A DNA stretch of 30,491 nt from Candidatus Aenigmatarchaeota archaeon. Lineage in GTDB: Archaea; Aenigmatarchaeota; Aenigmatarchaeia; QMZP01; QMZT01. The stretch is from positions 1 to 30,491 of the forward strand of contig JAZDFI010000035.1 of assembly GCA_043808015.1 (NCBI GenBank), in the 5' to 3' direction. Positions 15,441-25,320 of this stretch are shown piece by piece (position 1 is the stretch's first letter; each line of letters begins with the position of its first letter). The position numbers were made by a program, and so were the translations under genes. The notes beneath the pieces are model-generated. The model was not told where the DNA came from and ran no database searches. It was given only the letters and a program-made list of their open reading frames with translations.

Positions 15441-16031
15441 TCACTTCTTCTTTTCAGCCTTGACGGGTTTCTCGTCTTTCTTGGCCGGCGCTTCTTCCTT
15501 GCCCTCGCTCGTGAACCAATCGAGCGCACCCAGACCGGGCTGACGCGTCGTCAAGCCTATCTTGTACTGGTTCTCGGCCATCGACACCGAAATTATGCGG
15601 GCCATGACGACCGACTTCTCTTTTACGCGTCTCTTGGTCTTCTTGCCCGTGAACATCATGTTCTTCGAGTCGTAAGATACGAAATCATCCATCAGCTGCG
15701 AGACGTGTATCATCCCGTCGACCGGTCCGAATCGCACGAAAACGCCGAATTCCGTTACGTCTATTACCTCGCCCTTCACCATCTCGTGCTGCTCAGGGAC
15801 GTACGTGAGGACCTTGAAGTCGACCGGGTAGTACAGCGCCCCGTCGCCTGGCATTATAATGCCCTCGCCTATCTTCTCCACGGACATTACGGACATTATC
15901 ACGCCCAGGTTCTTGTCTATCGAGCCTTCCATCTTCTCTTCGAGGCTCGCCTTGACTGCGTCCTGGAGCTTGAGGCCGAACTTGTCCGGCGCAACCCTTA
16001 CCTTATCGCTTACGTCAAAAATCTTGTACAT
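15441..16031 (-). CDS. rpoE1: RNA polymerase subunit Rpo7 (RpoE')
   Basis: GIIMPGDGA, EFGVFVRFGPVDGMIHVSQLMDD, IGLTTRQPGLG; RBS AGGTGA. Confidence 0.97.
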   Translation of the reverse strand: MYKIFDVSDKVRVAPDKFGLKLQDAVKASLEEKMEGSIDKNLGVIMSVMSVEKIGEGIIMPGDGALYYPVDFKVLTYVPEQHEMVKGEVIDVTEFGVFVRFGPVDGMIHVSQLMDDFVSYDSKNMMFTGKKTKRRVKEKSVVMARIISVSMAENQYKIGLTTRQPGLGALDWFTSEGKEEAPAKKDEKPVKAEKKK

Positions 16032-16122
16032 GGCATCACCTGCGGAATATAACTTTATAAATGTCGAGTATATTTATAAGATTTTCCTAATTTATTAAGC
16101 TTCCGGGCCTGCTTTTCCCGCT

Positions 16123-16578
16123 TTACAGGCTGTCGAGCAGGCATACGTTCGGCTTCATCGTGGCTATGTCAGTGTTGCAGAACATCGTCTTCAGGCCGGC
16201 CTGTGTCGTTATGTTGGTAAGGTCGGTCTGCGTGCCCGTCAGGTCAAGCAGCCAGTCTGACGTCTCGTTGTAGACGCCATACGAGACTACGACATAGCCA
16301 TTGAAGCTGTCGGAGTTGGCAAATTCCTGGTACAGCGCCTCCTTAGCAGCGCAGTCGCTGCAGGATTCGTTGTAGAAGTATTCTATAATCGCCCTGCTGC
16401 TCATAAGCACGCTTCTCATCTCTGTGATGGTCAGCTTGCGGTTGACTATGTTCGGCAGCTGCTCGGTTTCCGTGTTCTGGTTCTGGTTGTTGCGCAGCAG
16501 CGCGACTTCCGCCACGCTAGCCAGCATTACCACACCGATGAATATGGCCATGATCCTTTTCTTGGTCATGTTGTTCAT
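16123..16578 (-). CDS. Membrane-anchored protein with a thioredoxin-like CxxC motif
   Basis: N-terminal hydrophobic anchor, IIEYFYNESCSDC, two further C-terminal Cys; RBS AAGGAG; 10 nt after atpD. Confidence 0.7.
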   Translation of the reverse strand: MNNMTKKRIMAIFIGVVMLASVAEVALLRNNQNQNTETEQLPNIVNRKLTITEMRSVLMSSRAIIEYFYNESCSDCAAKEALYQEFANSDSFNGYVVVSYGVYNETSDWLLDLTGTQTDLTNITTQAGLKTMFCNTDIATMKPNVCLLDSL

Positions 16579-16588
16579 AATATCTCCT

Positions 16589-17203
16589 TTATTTTCCCTT
16601 TATCCTCTTCATCCTGAATATATTCTCCCTTTCCATCTCTTCGAGCCTGAAGTTAATAAAAGCGGCATCCTTCTTGATGCGCGGTATGACCACGAATTCC
16701 AGCGCATTCACCCGGCGCTTCGTCGATTCTATCTCCTTGAGCAGCTTTCGCATCGTCGTCTCGATTTCGGCCGCCGTGATTATCTGCTCGAGCAGCGATT
16801 CGTAGCCTTTGACCATCTCGTCGATGCGCATGCTGGTCGACATCATGCCGTAGCCGCGCTCGACGAGGTTCTTCCTCATCGTACCGGCCTTTATCACCGG
16901 CACGGTGACGCCCATGATGTTCTTCACTTCAAGTTCGATGGCGGGGTGTTCGCGCAGCGCGAAGGCGACTGATTTTATGCTGACCATGCCGTCGAGCGCG
17001 GTGCATTCCCTCATCTTGTTGTGTGCCATTATGTAGCGCTCGTTGAGGTCCTTGCGCAGGTTCCTGGCGTTCTTCAGTATGTCGAAGAATTCCAGTATCA
17101 GGCCGTCCCTCTTCTTTTTCAGCAGCTTATGGCCTGCGTGCGCCAGCTTTATCTTCCTCTTGAGGTTCAGCAGCTCTGACCTCGTCGCCTTTACGTCTGT
17201 CAT
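16589..17203 (-). CDS. atpD: A/V-type ATP synthase subunit D
   Basis: ATRSELL, GHKLLKKKRDGL, TKRRVNALE, LEEMERE. Confidence 0.97.
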   Translation of the reverse strand: MTDVKATRSELLNLKRKIKLAHAGHKLLKKKRDGLILEFFDILKNARNLRKDLNERYIMAHNKMRECTALDGMVSIKSVAFALREHPAIELEVKNIMGVTVPVIKAGTMRKNLVERGYGMMSTSMRIDEMVKGYESLLEQIITAAEIETTMRKLLKEIESTKRRVNALEFVVIPRIKKDAAFINFRLEEMERENIFRMKRIKGK

Positions 17204-17223
17204 ATTTCAGTCCTATCAATCAT

Positions 17224-18771
17224 TTACTTCTTTTTGGCCTTGTGTTTCTTGTGCGTCGCTGGTTTTTTCCCCTTATTGTCCTTTGTTTCTTTAACTTCCT
17301 TTTTGGGCGCCGCTTTTTCAGTGACTTTTTGTTTTTCAGCCTTTTCTTCAGCTTCTTCCTTGACGGGCGCATGATGCTCCTGCGGTTGCGCGCCTTCGCC
17401 CCTGTAGAAGCGACGCTTGAAGTCCTCGCTCAGCCTCGTGAGCTCGTCCCTCGGTATGGCGGAAAGCAGGTTCCATGAAACATCGAGCGTTTTCTCGATG
17501 CCGCGATTCTCCTTTATGCCCTGGCGGACGAACGTGCTCTCGAAAGCCTCCGCGAACTTGAGAAGCCGTCTATCCCTTGCGGACAGCGCTTCCTCGCCGA
17601 CTATCGCCACAAGACCGCGAAGGTCGCGGCCTTCCGCGTAACCTGCGTAAAGCTGGTCGGACACTTGTCGATGGTCTTCCCGGGTCTTGCCCTTGCCTAT
17701 ACCTTGGTTCATAAGCCTCGAAAGCGACGGCAAAACATCGACGGGCGGGTATATGCCTTTCATGTGCAGCTCCCTGCTCAATACGACTTGCCCTTCGGTT
17801 ATGTAGCCCGTAAGGTCCGCTATCGGGTGCGTGATGTCGTCGCCTATCATCGTGAGAATCGGGATTTGAGTCACGCTGCCTTTCTTGCCCTTTATCATGC
17901 CGGCACGCTCGTATATGTTCGCGAGGTCGGTATACATGTATCCCGGGTAGCCGCGGCGGCCTGGGATTTCCTCTCTCGCCGAGCTGATCTCACGCAGCGA
18001 CTCGCAGTAGTTGGTCATGTCTGTGAGTATGACCAGCACGTGCATTCCCTTCGTGTAAGCGAAGTATTCCGCCGTCGTCAGCGCGAGCCTCGGGGTGATC
18101 AGTCTTTCGACTGCAGGATCGTCCGCCAGGTTGAGGAACACGACCGCGTGTTCTATCGCTCCCGTTTCCTCGAAGTCGCGGATGAATTTCTGCGCTTCTT
18201 CATTCGTAATTCCCATGGCCGCGAAGATTACGGCGAACGTTTCCTTCTCGCCGAGCACTTTCGCCTGCCTGGCTATCTGCAGCGCGATGTCGTTATGCGG
18301 CAATCCGGAACCAGAGAATATCGGCAGCTTCTGCCCCCTGACCAGCGTGTTCATGCCGTCTATCGTCGAGATGCCGGTCTGGATGAACTCCTCGGGAGGA
18401 CCGCGCGCGTAAGGGTTTATAGCGGCTCCGTTGATGTCCAGCTCCTCGTCCGGGATTATTTCCGGCCCGTTGTCTATAGGCTCCCCGCGCCCGTTGAGGA
18501 TGCGGCCCAGCATGTCCTCCGAGACCTTCAGCCGCATCACGTCTCCGAGGAAGCGGACGCTCGACTTCTTGTCGATGCCGCTGGTGCCTTCGAAGCTCTG
18601 GATTATCACGATATCCTTCGAGGTATCGAGCACCTGGCCCAGGCGCTTCTCTCCGTTTGAAAGCGTGACCTTGACTATCTCTCCGTATCCTACGGGATGC
18701 GTCTTCTCCACAAAAAGCAATGGACCAGCGATTCTTGTTATCGTCTTGTATTCTTTCATTTCCATGTTCAT
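17224..18771 (-). CDS. atpB: A/V-type ATP synthase subunit B with a charged C-terminal extension
   Basis: [36 protein letters not shown]. Confidence 0.98.
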   Translation of the reverse strand: MNMEMKEYKTITRIAGPLLFVEKTHPVGYGEIVKVTLSNGEKRLGQVLDTSKDIVIIQSFEGTSGIDKKSSVRFLGDVMRLKVSEDMLGRILNGRGEPIDNGPEIIPDEELDINGAAINPYARGPPEEFIQTGISTIDGMNTLVRGQKLPIFSGSGLPHNDIALQIARQAKVLGEKETFAVIFAAMGITNEEAQKFIRDFEETGAIEHAVVFLNLADDPAVERLITPRLALTTAEYFAYTKGMHVLVILTDMTNYCESLREISSAREEIPGRRGYPGYMYTDLANIYERAGMIKGKKGSVTQIPILTMIGDDITHPIADLTGYITEGQVVLSRELHMKGIYPPVDVLPSLSRLMNQGIGKGKTREDHRQVSDQLYAGYAEGRDLRGLVAIVGEEALSARDRRLLKFAEAFESTFVRQGIKENRGIEKTLDVSWNLLSAIPRDELTRLSEDFKRRFYRGEGAQPQEHHAPVKEEAEEKAEKQKVTEKAAPKKEVKETKDNKGKKPATHKKHKAKKK

Positions 18772-18781
18772 GACCTCCTGA

Positions 18782-20542
18782 CTACTTGATCTCCATGAGC
18801 AGCGTTTCGATTTCGCGGTCTATCGCCTGCTCGGCATCTGAAAGTATTTTCTCGTGGTTCTTCTCGAACTTCGCGTCGGCGATCCTGTTCCTCGCCTTTA
18901 TCTCGAGAAGGTTCCTGACGTGCACGCCCGCCTTCAGAGCGTATCTCGCCTTGTCGGCGTAGTGGAGAATCGACTTCATCATCTTGTAGCTCTTCCTCAT
19001 GTCGCAGAACGTATCGACCTCGTGGTAGGCGCTCTGCTGCAGGAAGAACTCCCTTATCATTCTAGCGATTTCCAGAGTGAGCTGCTCGTTCTCCGGCAGC
19101 GCGTCCGAGCCGACGAGCTGCACGATTTCCTGCAGCTTGTCCTCTTCCTGGAGGATTTTCTTGAATTCATTGACTGTGCTTTTCCAGTCGGCGGCCACGT
19201 TCTTCGTGTACCACGGCTCGAGTATGCCCTCGTAAAGCGAATACGAGTTGAGCCAGTTGATGGACGGGAAATGTCGCCTGTGCGCGAGCTTCGCATCCAG
19301 CGCCCAGAACGTCTTCACGACGCGCAGCGTCGACTGAGTCACGGGTTCGGAAAGGTCGCCTCCGGGCGGCGATACCGCGCCGATGATGCTGACCGAGCCT
19401 ATCTTGGCGACTCCGAGCGGCTTCACCCTTCCCGCGCGCTCGTAGAACTCCGCCAGTCGTGCGGACAGGTAAGCGGGATACCCTTCCTCGCCTGGCATCT
19501 CTTCGAGACGAGACGATATCTCCCTCATCGCCTCGGCCCAGCGGCTCGTCGAATCGGCCATGAGCGCGACGTCGTAGCCCATGTCACGATAATATTCTGC
19601 GATGGTTATGCCCGTGTAAATAGACGCTTCTCTCGCCGCTACAGGCATGTTCGACGTGTTCGCTATGAGAACCGTTCTCTCCATAAGCGGCCTGTTCGTT
19701 TTCGGGTCTATGAGCCTCGGGAAGTCCTTCAGGACTTCGGTCATTTCGTTACCGCGCTCTCCGCATCCTATGTATACTACGATGTCAGCGTCGGACCACT
19801 TCGCAAGCTGCTGCTGCGTGACGGTCTTGCCCGAGCCGAACGGGCCAGGGATGCCGCCTGCTCCGCCCTTCGCGAGCGGGAACAACGCATCGAGGATTCG
19901 CTGGCCTGTTATGAGCGGTATTTCGGGCGTGAGTTTCTCCTTGCACGGGCGCGACTTGCGGATGGACCATATCTGCATCATCTGCAGCTTCTTTCCATTC
20001 GCCAGCGTGGCTACCGTGTCTTCTACGGTGAACTCGCCCTCTTCTATGTCCTTTATCTTTCCAGAAACGCCTGGAGGCACCATGACCTTGTGCTCGATGA
20101 CGTTCGTCTCTTTAACGGTGCCGATTATCTGGCCTTCCTTGACGTCCTCGCCTTTCTTGACGACCGGCTTGAAATGCCATTTCTTCTTCCTGTCAAGGCC
20201 CGGCGTCTTCGCGCCTCTAAGAATATAATCGCCCATCATCTGCTGGAGCACGGGCAGCGGTCGCTGTATGCCGTCGTAAATGCTCGTGAGCAAACCAGGG
20301 CCCAGCTCCGCTATGAGCGGCTGGCCGGTGTTATCGACGGGCTCGCCAGGCTTTATGCCGGACGTATCTTCATAGACTTGGATGGTAATCTTGTCCGGGT
20401 TTATCTGGATGACCTCGCCCATGAGCTGCTCCTTGCCCACGCGCATGAGGTCGTGCATCCTGGCGTCTATGCCTTCCGCTATGACGACCGGCCCGGATAC
20501 CCTGAAAATCTTACCCTTATCGCTAGCGTCTTTTCCTTTCAT
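18782..20542 (-). CDS. atpA: A/V-type ATP synthase subunit A (no intein)
   Basis: [46 protein letters not shown] favours ATG 20542. Confidence 0.98.
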   Translation of the reverse strand: MKGKDASDKGKIFRVSGPVVIAEGIDARMHDLMRVGKEQLMGEVIQINPDKITIQVYEDTSGIKPGEPVDNTGQPLIAELGPGLLTSIYDGIQRPLPVLQQMMGDYILRGAKTPGLDRKKKWHFKPVVKKGEDVKEGQIIGTVKETNVIEHKVMVPPGVSGKIKDIEEGEFTVEDTVATLANGKKLQMMQIWSIRKSRPCKEKLTPEIPLITGQRILDALFPLAKGGAGGIPGPFGSGKTVTQQQLAKWSDADIVVYIGCGERGNEMTEVLKDFPRLIDPKTNRPLMERTVLIANTSNMPVAAREASIYTGITIAEYYRDMGYDVALMADSTSRWAEAMREISSRLEEMPGEEGYPAYLSARLAEFYERAGRVKPLGVAKIGSVSIIGAVSPPGGDLSEPVTQSTLRVVKTFWALDAKLAHRRHFPSINWLNSYSLYEGILEPWYTKNVAADWKSTVNEFKKILQEEDKLQEIVQLVGSDALPENEQLTLEIARMIREFFLQQSAYHEVDTFCDMRKSYKMMKSILHYADKARYALKAGVHVRNLLEIKARNRIADAKFEKNHEKILSDAEQAIDREIETLLMEIK

Positions 20543-20552
20543 CAATATCACC

Positions 20553-20860
20553 TTAGCCTTTATTCCAAAGGTCTACACCAAGAGACCTTCTGATCATGAT
20601 GCGGAGATTCTCCTCCGCGGAGATGTCATGCGAGAGGATGACGACGGTCGGCTTGACCTGGATCAATGCACGCTCTTTCGAGCGCTCGTTCAGCGTATGG
20701 AAATCATCGTTGTTCATTATCAGGATGCCGATGTCCTTGCTCTCCATGACTTCCTCGAACTTCCTGTTTATCGTCTCCCTGGTCACGACGAACGCGTTGC
20801 GTACGCCGGCTGCCTGAAAACCCAGGGTGAAGTATTCGCTTCCCATTACGGCTATTTCAT
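20553..20860 (-). CDS. atpF: A/V-type ATP synthase subunit F (start region anomalous)
   Basis: (EIAV)[15 protein letters not shown]...[10 protein letters not shown], between C and A. First in-frame ATG is 20846; the expected ATG at 20860 is out of frame. Confidence 0.92.
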
Positions 20861-22053
20861 GCGTGCCTCATCACCTTCATCCATGAATCATTAACCATTA
20901 TAAGATTCGCGTCCACGACGTTTTCATCGAGGCCCATCGCCTTGGCGTGGACGAGCAGCTTTATGTTTTTCGTCTCTATCTCCTTCCATAGCAGGTAACC
21001 GAAAATCGGCGAAACCGAAAGCGGTTTCCTGTGCAGGAGCTTAGTCGCGTAATTCAGCAGGAACCTGTCTATCGTCCCTTCGAGCCTTGACGGGTTCTTT
21101 TCGACGTCCGGCGTGACGAGCTCCTTGTATTTGCTTCTTTTCAGCGCACCGAAGAGCGTTTTCATGTCCTCGGCCTTTATCATGGCATCTATGAGTTTTT
21201 CTTCCGTTTTGCCCTTCCTGATTTTAATCCTGATCTTCTTGAACCTTAATTTTTTCATCAGTGTAGAGACCTTTGTCTTGAGCTTGCCCTTCGGTTCCAT
21301 GACCAGCATTTTGCGTATGGTCTCCTCGTTTATGCCCTCGTTCTTGAACCTCGTTATGTTGCGCAGGTTGTTGAGCTGGACGATGCTGTCGAAGAACTGC
21401 TTCAAAGGGTCGGACTTCCTCATCTTTATCTTCTTATACAGCTCCATCATGCGGTTGTAGAACGTCAGGTCGATCTCGTTCTCCAGCCCGACCAGGTCAT
21501 TCGCCGCGTAAAGGTCCCTGAGCCTTTGCGGCTCTATGTTCGTTATGCCGCTCAGCATTTCGAGGAACTCGTCGCCGCCACCGCGGTAGAGCTTTATGCA
21601 CGTTTCGTAATCGGTAGGCTGTATCGGGATCACGCCGTATTTCAGGTCGCTCTCCGACAGCTTGTTCATGCGCGTCCTGAGCACGAGCTTTATGTTGTTC
21701 AGTATCCATTTCAGCGCGTAGAACTGTATCAGCATTTTCAGCTCTTCCTGGAGCGAGATTGAAAGCAGCTTGTTTATCACGTTGGCGAGATTCTCGTTGA
21801 GCGCGAGCTCTACGAGCTCCGCGCCGCGGTAGTCCTTCGAGTGCAAATCTATCTCGTGCTTGTATTCGCTTTCCCCGAGGAAGCGTATCGTCTCGTTAAG
21901 GCCCATCTTCCTCATCCTGAGGTAATCTTCCTCGCTCAGGAGCTTCGATTTCATCACCCTTACCCTGGTGACGGTGTAAGGGTAGGACTTGAACCTTACC
22001 CTCTTTATTTTCTTTTTGATGCCCCCGGGTTTTCTCCTGAAAGTTATGCCCAT
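20857..22053 (-). CDS. atpC: A/V-type ATP synthase subunit C
   Basis: YPYTVTRVRVMKSKLL, PIFGYLLWKEIETKNIK; operon position. Confidence 0.93.
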   Translation of the reverse strand: MGITFRRKPGGIKKKIKRVRFKSYPYTVTRVRVMKSKLLSEEDYLRMRKMGLNETIRFLGESEYKHEIDLHSKDYRGAELVELALNENLANVINKLLSISLQEELKMLIQFYALKWILNNIKLVLRTRMNKLSESDLKYGVIPIQPTDYETCIKLYRGGGDEFLEMLSGITNIEPQRLRDLYAANDLVGLENEIDLTFYNRMMELYKKIKMRKSDPLKQFFDSIVQLNNLRNITRFKNEGINEETIRKMLVMEPKGKLKTKVSTLMKKLRFKKIRIKIRKGKTEEKLIDAMIKAEDMKTLFGALKRSKYKELVTPDVEKNPSRLEGTIDRFLLNYATKLLHRKPLSVSPIFGYLLWKEIETKNIKLLVHAKAMGLDENVVDANLIMVNDSWMKVMRHA

Positions 22054-22617
22054 TCATTCACCGAACATTATCCTGGATACGCTTTTGAGCGTGCGGCCCT
22101 TCATCAGTTCCACCAGCGTCTCGAACCTGAAGTCCACCAATTCCTTGCCGTCCTTGCTTTCCAGCATGAGGCCGCCTTCCATTTCCTTAGTCCTGATTTC
22201 AAGGCCGCTGAACAGCTTCTTCACGAGCGCCGTATCGTCTTTCCTCACGTAAACGACCCCAGGCTTGCTTATCTGGCTTTTCACGCTTTCCGCCATCTTC
22301 CTGTAAATTCTTGTTCTCTCATCCCCCCTCATGCCCTTCAGGTAGTCGAGAAACTCGTTGTAAACCATTTCCACCATTTCCTTCTTGGTGTTCATGGCGA
22401 AATCCTTGAGCTGTTTTTTCATGACAGCCTGGCTTCGCACGTTTATCTGCCCCAAAGCGTTCTCAATCTCGATTTTCATCGCATTCTCGTATTCCTTCAG
22501 GCGTTTTTTCGTCTCCTCGGTTATCTTATCCCCTTCTTTCCTGCCTTCGCCGAGGATAGCCTGGGCTTCCTTTTCCGCTTTCATGCGTATCTCGCTTGAT
22601 ACTTTGTTCAGACTCAT
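22054..22617 (-). CDS. atpE: A/V-type ATP synthase subunit E
   Basis: N-terminal coiled coil, GGLMLESKDG..VDFRFE; operon position. Confidence 0.92.
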   Translation of the reverse strand: MSLNKVSSEIRMKAEKEAQAILGEGRKEGDKITEETKKRLKEYENAMKIEIENALGQINVRSQAVMKKQLKDFAMNTKKEMVEMVYNEFLDYLKGMRGDERTRIYRKMAESVKSQISKPGVVYVRKDDTALVKKLFSGLEIRTKEMEGGLMLESKDGKELVDFRFETLVELMKGRTLKSVSRIMFGE

Positions 22618-22629
22618 ATCAATTCGCCT

Positions 22630-22851
22630 TTACGCGCCTCCGGCCATGCCGATTATCTGCAACGCCACGACCAGACCGAAAATGATTATGGTCTCCGGAA
22701 TGACCGTAATGATAAGACCCTTCGCGAAGAGGCTTTCCTTCTCCGCCATGGCTCCTATCGCCGACGTTCCCAGCTCTTTCTCCGCCCAAGCCGTCGCGAT
22801 TGCGCTTATGCATATCGTCGCTGCTGCCGCGATTACTGCTATATCTGACAT
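22630..22851 (-). CDS. atpK: A-type ATP synthase proteolipid subunit K (c), single hairpin
   Basis: 73 aa, two TM helices, IPETIIIFGLVVA with the catalytic Glu; RBS GGAGGTG. Confidence 0.95.
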   Translation of the reverse strand: MSDIAVIAAAATICISAIATAWAEKELGTSAIGAMAEKESLFAKGLIITVIPETIIIFGLVVALQIIGMAGGA

Positions 22852-22866
22852 TTACACACCTCCATT

Positions 22867-24720
22867 TTAACTTCCGAACGGTTTGTATTGTTCACCGTCA
22901 CCATGATAAAACTTTGAAAACATCTCCACGTAGTGGAGACGAAGCGATTGAAGGAACGAGCCCATGAGCGCCAGCAGCATGTTCACCGCATGGCCTGCGA
23001 AGAGCAGCGCGACGCCCATCGCTATGAACATGCCCCCTGCATGGAACATGCCTTCGGCCATGCCGTTTATGACCAGCGCCAGCTGCACGCCTGCAAGCCC
23101 TAGGGCGGCGATACGCGCGTATGAAAGCACGTTACTAGCGAGCGCTGGAATCTCTATCAGCCCGCGGTAGCTCTCGCCTATGGTCAACAGAACAACTCCT
23201 ACAAGGAATACGCCCAGGCTGAGGTTCGGGTCGACCCCCGTCTCCATCTTCAGGAACGTCGACATCAGGTAGAGTATGCCGCCCGCTTCCAGTATGAACC
23301 AGCTGGCCTTGCCCATCGCGTGCCTGAACTTGCGCTCGCGCAGCTCGTTTATCAGGGCGGTCGTGATGCCCAGGTTCAGGTGCGCCAGGCCTATCATGAG
23401 GGATACTGGCAGCATGGCGTTCAGGCCTTCTGCCCTTGCTATCATCGGGTGGAGCGTTATCCCGCCTATCTCCTCGAAGCCGAAGAATTCGCCAAACACG
23501 AAGCCGAACAGTATGCTGAACAGCGATGAAATCATGAGAACCGATGCGACCGTCCGCATCTTCTTCATCTTGTATTTGATGAACGCGAATCCCAGGAACA
23601 GCACCAGACCGTAGCCTATGTCGCCCATCATTATGCCGAAGATGATGGGGTAAGTGATGAAAACGAGGAAAGTCGGGTCCACTTCCTTGTAGCTGGGCAG
23701 CGAATACAGGCGCAGGAAGAACTCGAACGGCTTGACCGGGCCCTTGTTCCTGAGCTGTATCGGGGCGGGCTCGTGCTCGCCCACGTCCTCCGCGGAGAAA
23801 TACATGTTGTCCGTTATGGACGCGAGCTTCTGCTCCAGGCCCGCTTCCTTCCCTTTCGGAACCCATCCCTGAATCATGAAGCTGTGATTGCTAACCGCGA
23901 ACTTGAGAGGCGCTTCCGACTTGCGTATCTCAGTCGTGAGGGCGTCTTCCGTTCCCATAATCTCCCCACCCTTCGTCTTCGTCAGGTCATACAGCTCTTG
24001 CCTGAGGTCGTCCACCCTCTTCTCGAGGGCATTCCTTTCCCTGGTGAAAATGGCGCTCTCCTCCTGAGGCGTCGCTGTCTTCCAGTCCATGTCAATGTCG
24101 ACACGTGTGAACTCCGCTGACGACAGCGCATGCCTTGCCGTTTCCATGTCGTTTTTCTTGACGAAAATTATCACGGGGAAGCCGTTGGCCATCTTCTCCA
24201 CGCCTGCCATGAGTTCGTGCTCCACGTTGGCCATCCTCAATTTCAGCACGTCGGTGTCGGGCACGTAGCCGTTCAGGACTTCCAGTGAGCCGTAGCCTTT
24301 CAGCGCATCGAATTTCTTCACGCCCGCTTTCAAATGGAATTCGAGTATTTCCCTGCGCCTCTCGCCTGCTTTCAGCGCGTCTTCCGCCTGCTTTATGCCC
24401 TCGTTGATCCTGTTGACATCGGCCTGGAAGCCTCTGAGAAAATTCTCGTGCCTTTTCAGGTCAAACTCCGCTGCCGTTTTCGTCACGGTTTTGAGGTCGA
24501 CCTGGGTCTTTATGGAATTGAGCATCAGAAGCAGCTCGGATATTTTCTCCGCGTTCTCCATGGGCGTTCCTATGGGGTAGTGGTCGCCATCGCCGGGCAC
24601 GTATTCCTTGAGATGCAGGACGCCGGCGTCGTAAAGCGCTTTCACGGCTTCCTTGAGGTGTGTTTTATGGGAAACTACCGTTATCCTTTTCATCTCAATG
24701 GGAAAAAACATCAGTTTCAC
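22867..24720 (-). CDS. atpI: A/V-type ATP synthase subunit I (a)
   Basis: YKEVDPT, FGIMMGDIGYG, SYARIAALGL, LRLHYVEMFSKFY. Confidence 0.97.
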   Translation of the reverse strand: MKLMFFPIEMKRITVVSHKTHLKEAVKALYDAGVLHLKEYVPGDGDHYPIGTPMENAEKISELLLMLNSIKTQVDLKTVTKTAAEFDLKRHENFLRGFQADVNRINEGIKQAEDALKAGERRREILEFHLKAGVKKFDALKGYGSLEVLNGYVPDTDVLKLRMANVEHELMAGVEKMANGFPVIIFVKKNDMETARHALSSAEFTRVDIDMDWKTATPQEESAIFTRERNALEKRVDDLRQELYDLTKTKGGEIMGTEDALTTEIRKSEAPLKFAVSNHSFMIQGWVPKGKEAGLEQKLASITDNMYFSAEDVGEHEPAPIQLRNKGPVKPFEFFLRLYSLPSYKEVDPTFLVFITYPIIFGIMMGDIGYGLVLFLGFAFIKYKMKKMRTVASVLMISSLFSILFGFVFGEFFGFEEIGGITLHPMIARAEGLNAMLPVSLMIGLAHLNLGITTALINELRERKFRHAMGKASWFILEAGGILYLMSTFLKMETGVDPNLSLGVFLVGVVLLTIGESYRGLIEIPALASNVLSYARIAALGLAGVQLALVINGMAEGMFHAGGMFIAMGVALLFAGHAVNMLLALMGSFLQSLRLHYVEMFSKFYHGDGEQYKPFGS

Positions 24721-25052
24721 TCTCCCAAGAAGGCGTTCAATTCCTTCTTAAGGCTCTCCACGGCCTTGTTGACCTTGGAAGATGCGGATTTCTTGAGCAT
24801 CACGGTCTCGTTTTTCTTGCTTGCCATGAGGCGCTCCATATCCTTGTCGGCCTTGGCGTCAAAACTCTTTATCGCCTCTTCCATCTCTCTCTTTATCCTG
24901 GCCATCTCCCTTTCTTCCATCTGCCTTGCCTTTTTTTCCATCTCAAGAATTATCTCGTTCTTGCGCTCCTGCGCTTTCTCGAGCGTCCTGTTGGCTTCTT
25001 TCTCGGCAGACTTGATCTCTTCCAATACGTCTGGATTTTTGTCCTTTTCCAT
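24717..25052 (-). CDS. atpH: A-type ATP synthase subunit H (G-like)
   Basis: Charged coiled coil VLEEIKSAEKEA...; first gene of the operon. RBS GAGGT at about 25062-25066 favours ATG 25052 or 25058. Confidence 0.82.
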   Translation of the reverse strand: MEKDKNPDVLEEIKSAEKEANRTLEKAQERKNEIILEMEKKARQMEEREMARIKREMEEAIKSFDAKADKDMERLMASKKNETVMLKKSASSKVNKAVESLKKELNAFLGE

Positions 25053-25320
25053 AAGCATATAACCTCTTTTCAGCCCGCATGGGGGCCTTTTGAACATCAA
25101 TCGACATTATGGATGGCTTAGCCGGCCGCTTGCTGCTCTGCATAGACCGTTTAAAGAATCTTATATATGACAGTCATACTTATAAATCCTTTTTATTCCC
25201 ATTTAAACCTGCATATTTTCCCTATACTAAGTATAAGGCACCGGGACATCAAAACAAGCAATGCAAACGGCTTTTCGTGAGCCGGAAAGCCTTATAATTT
25301 TTGATATATTAATTAATCAT

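Noticed and set aside
18782-20542. Intein in AtpA
   Set aside because: Normal length and an uninterrupted [10 protein letters not shown]-loop region.
18854-20593. 579-aa plus-strand ORF and other long antisense ORFs (e.g. 17665-18660, 28728-29888, 6535-7206, 25642-26439)
   Set aside because: They shadow well-supported genes on the opposite strand, have no recognisable motifs, and are expected from codon bias.
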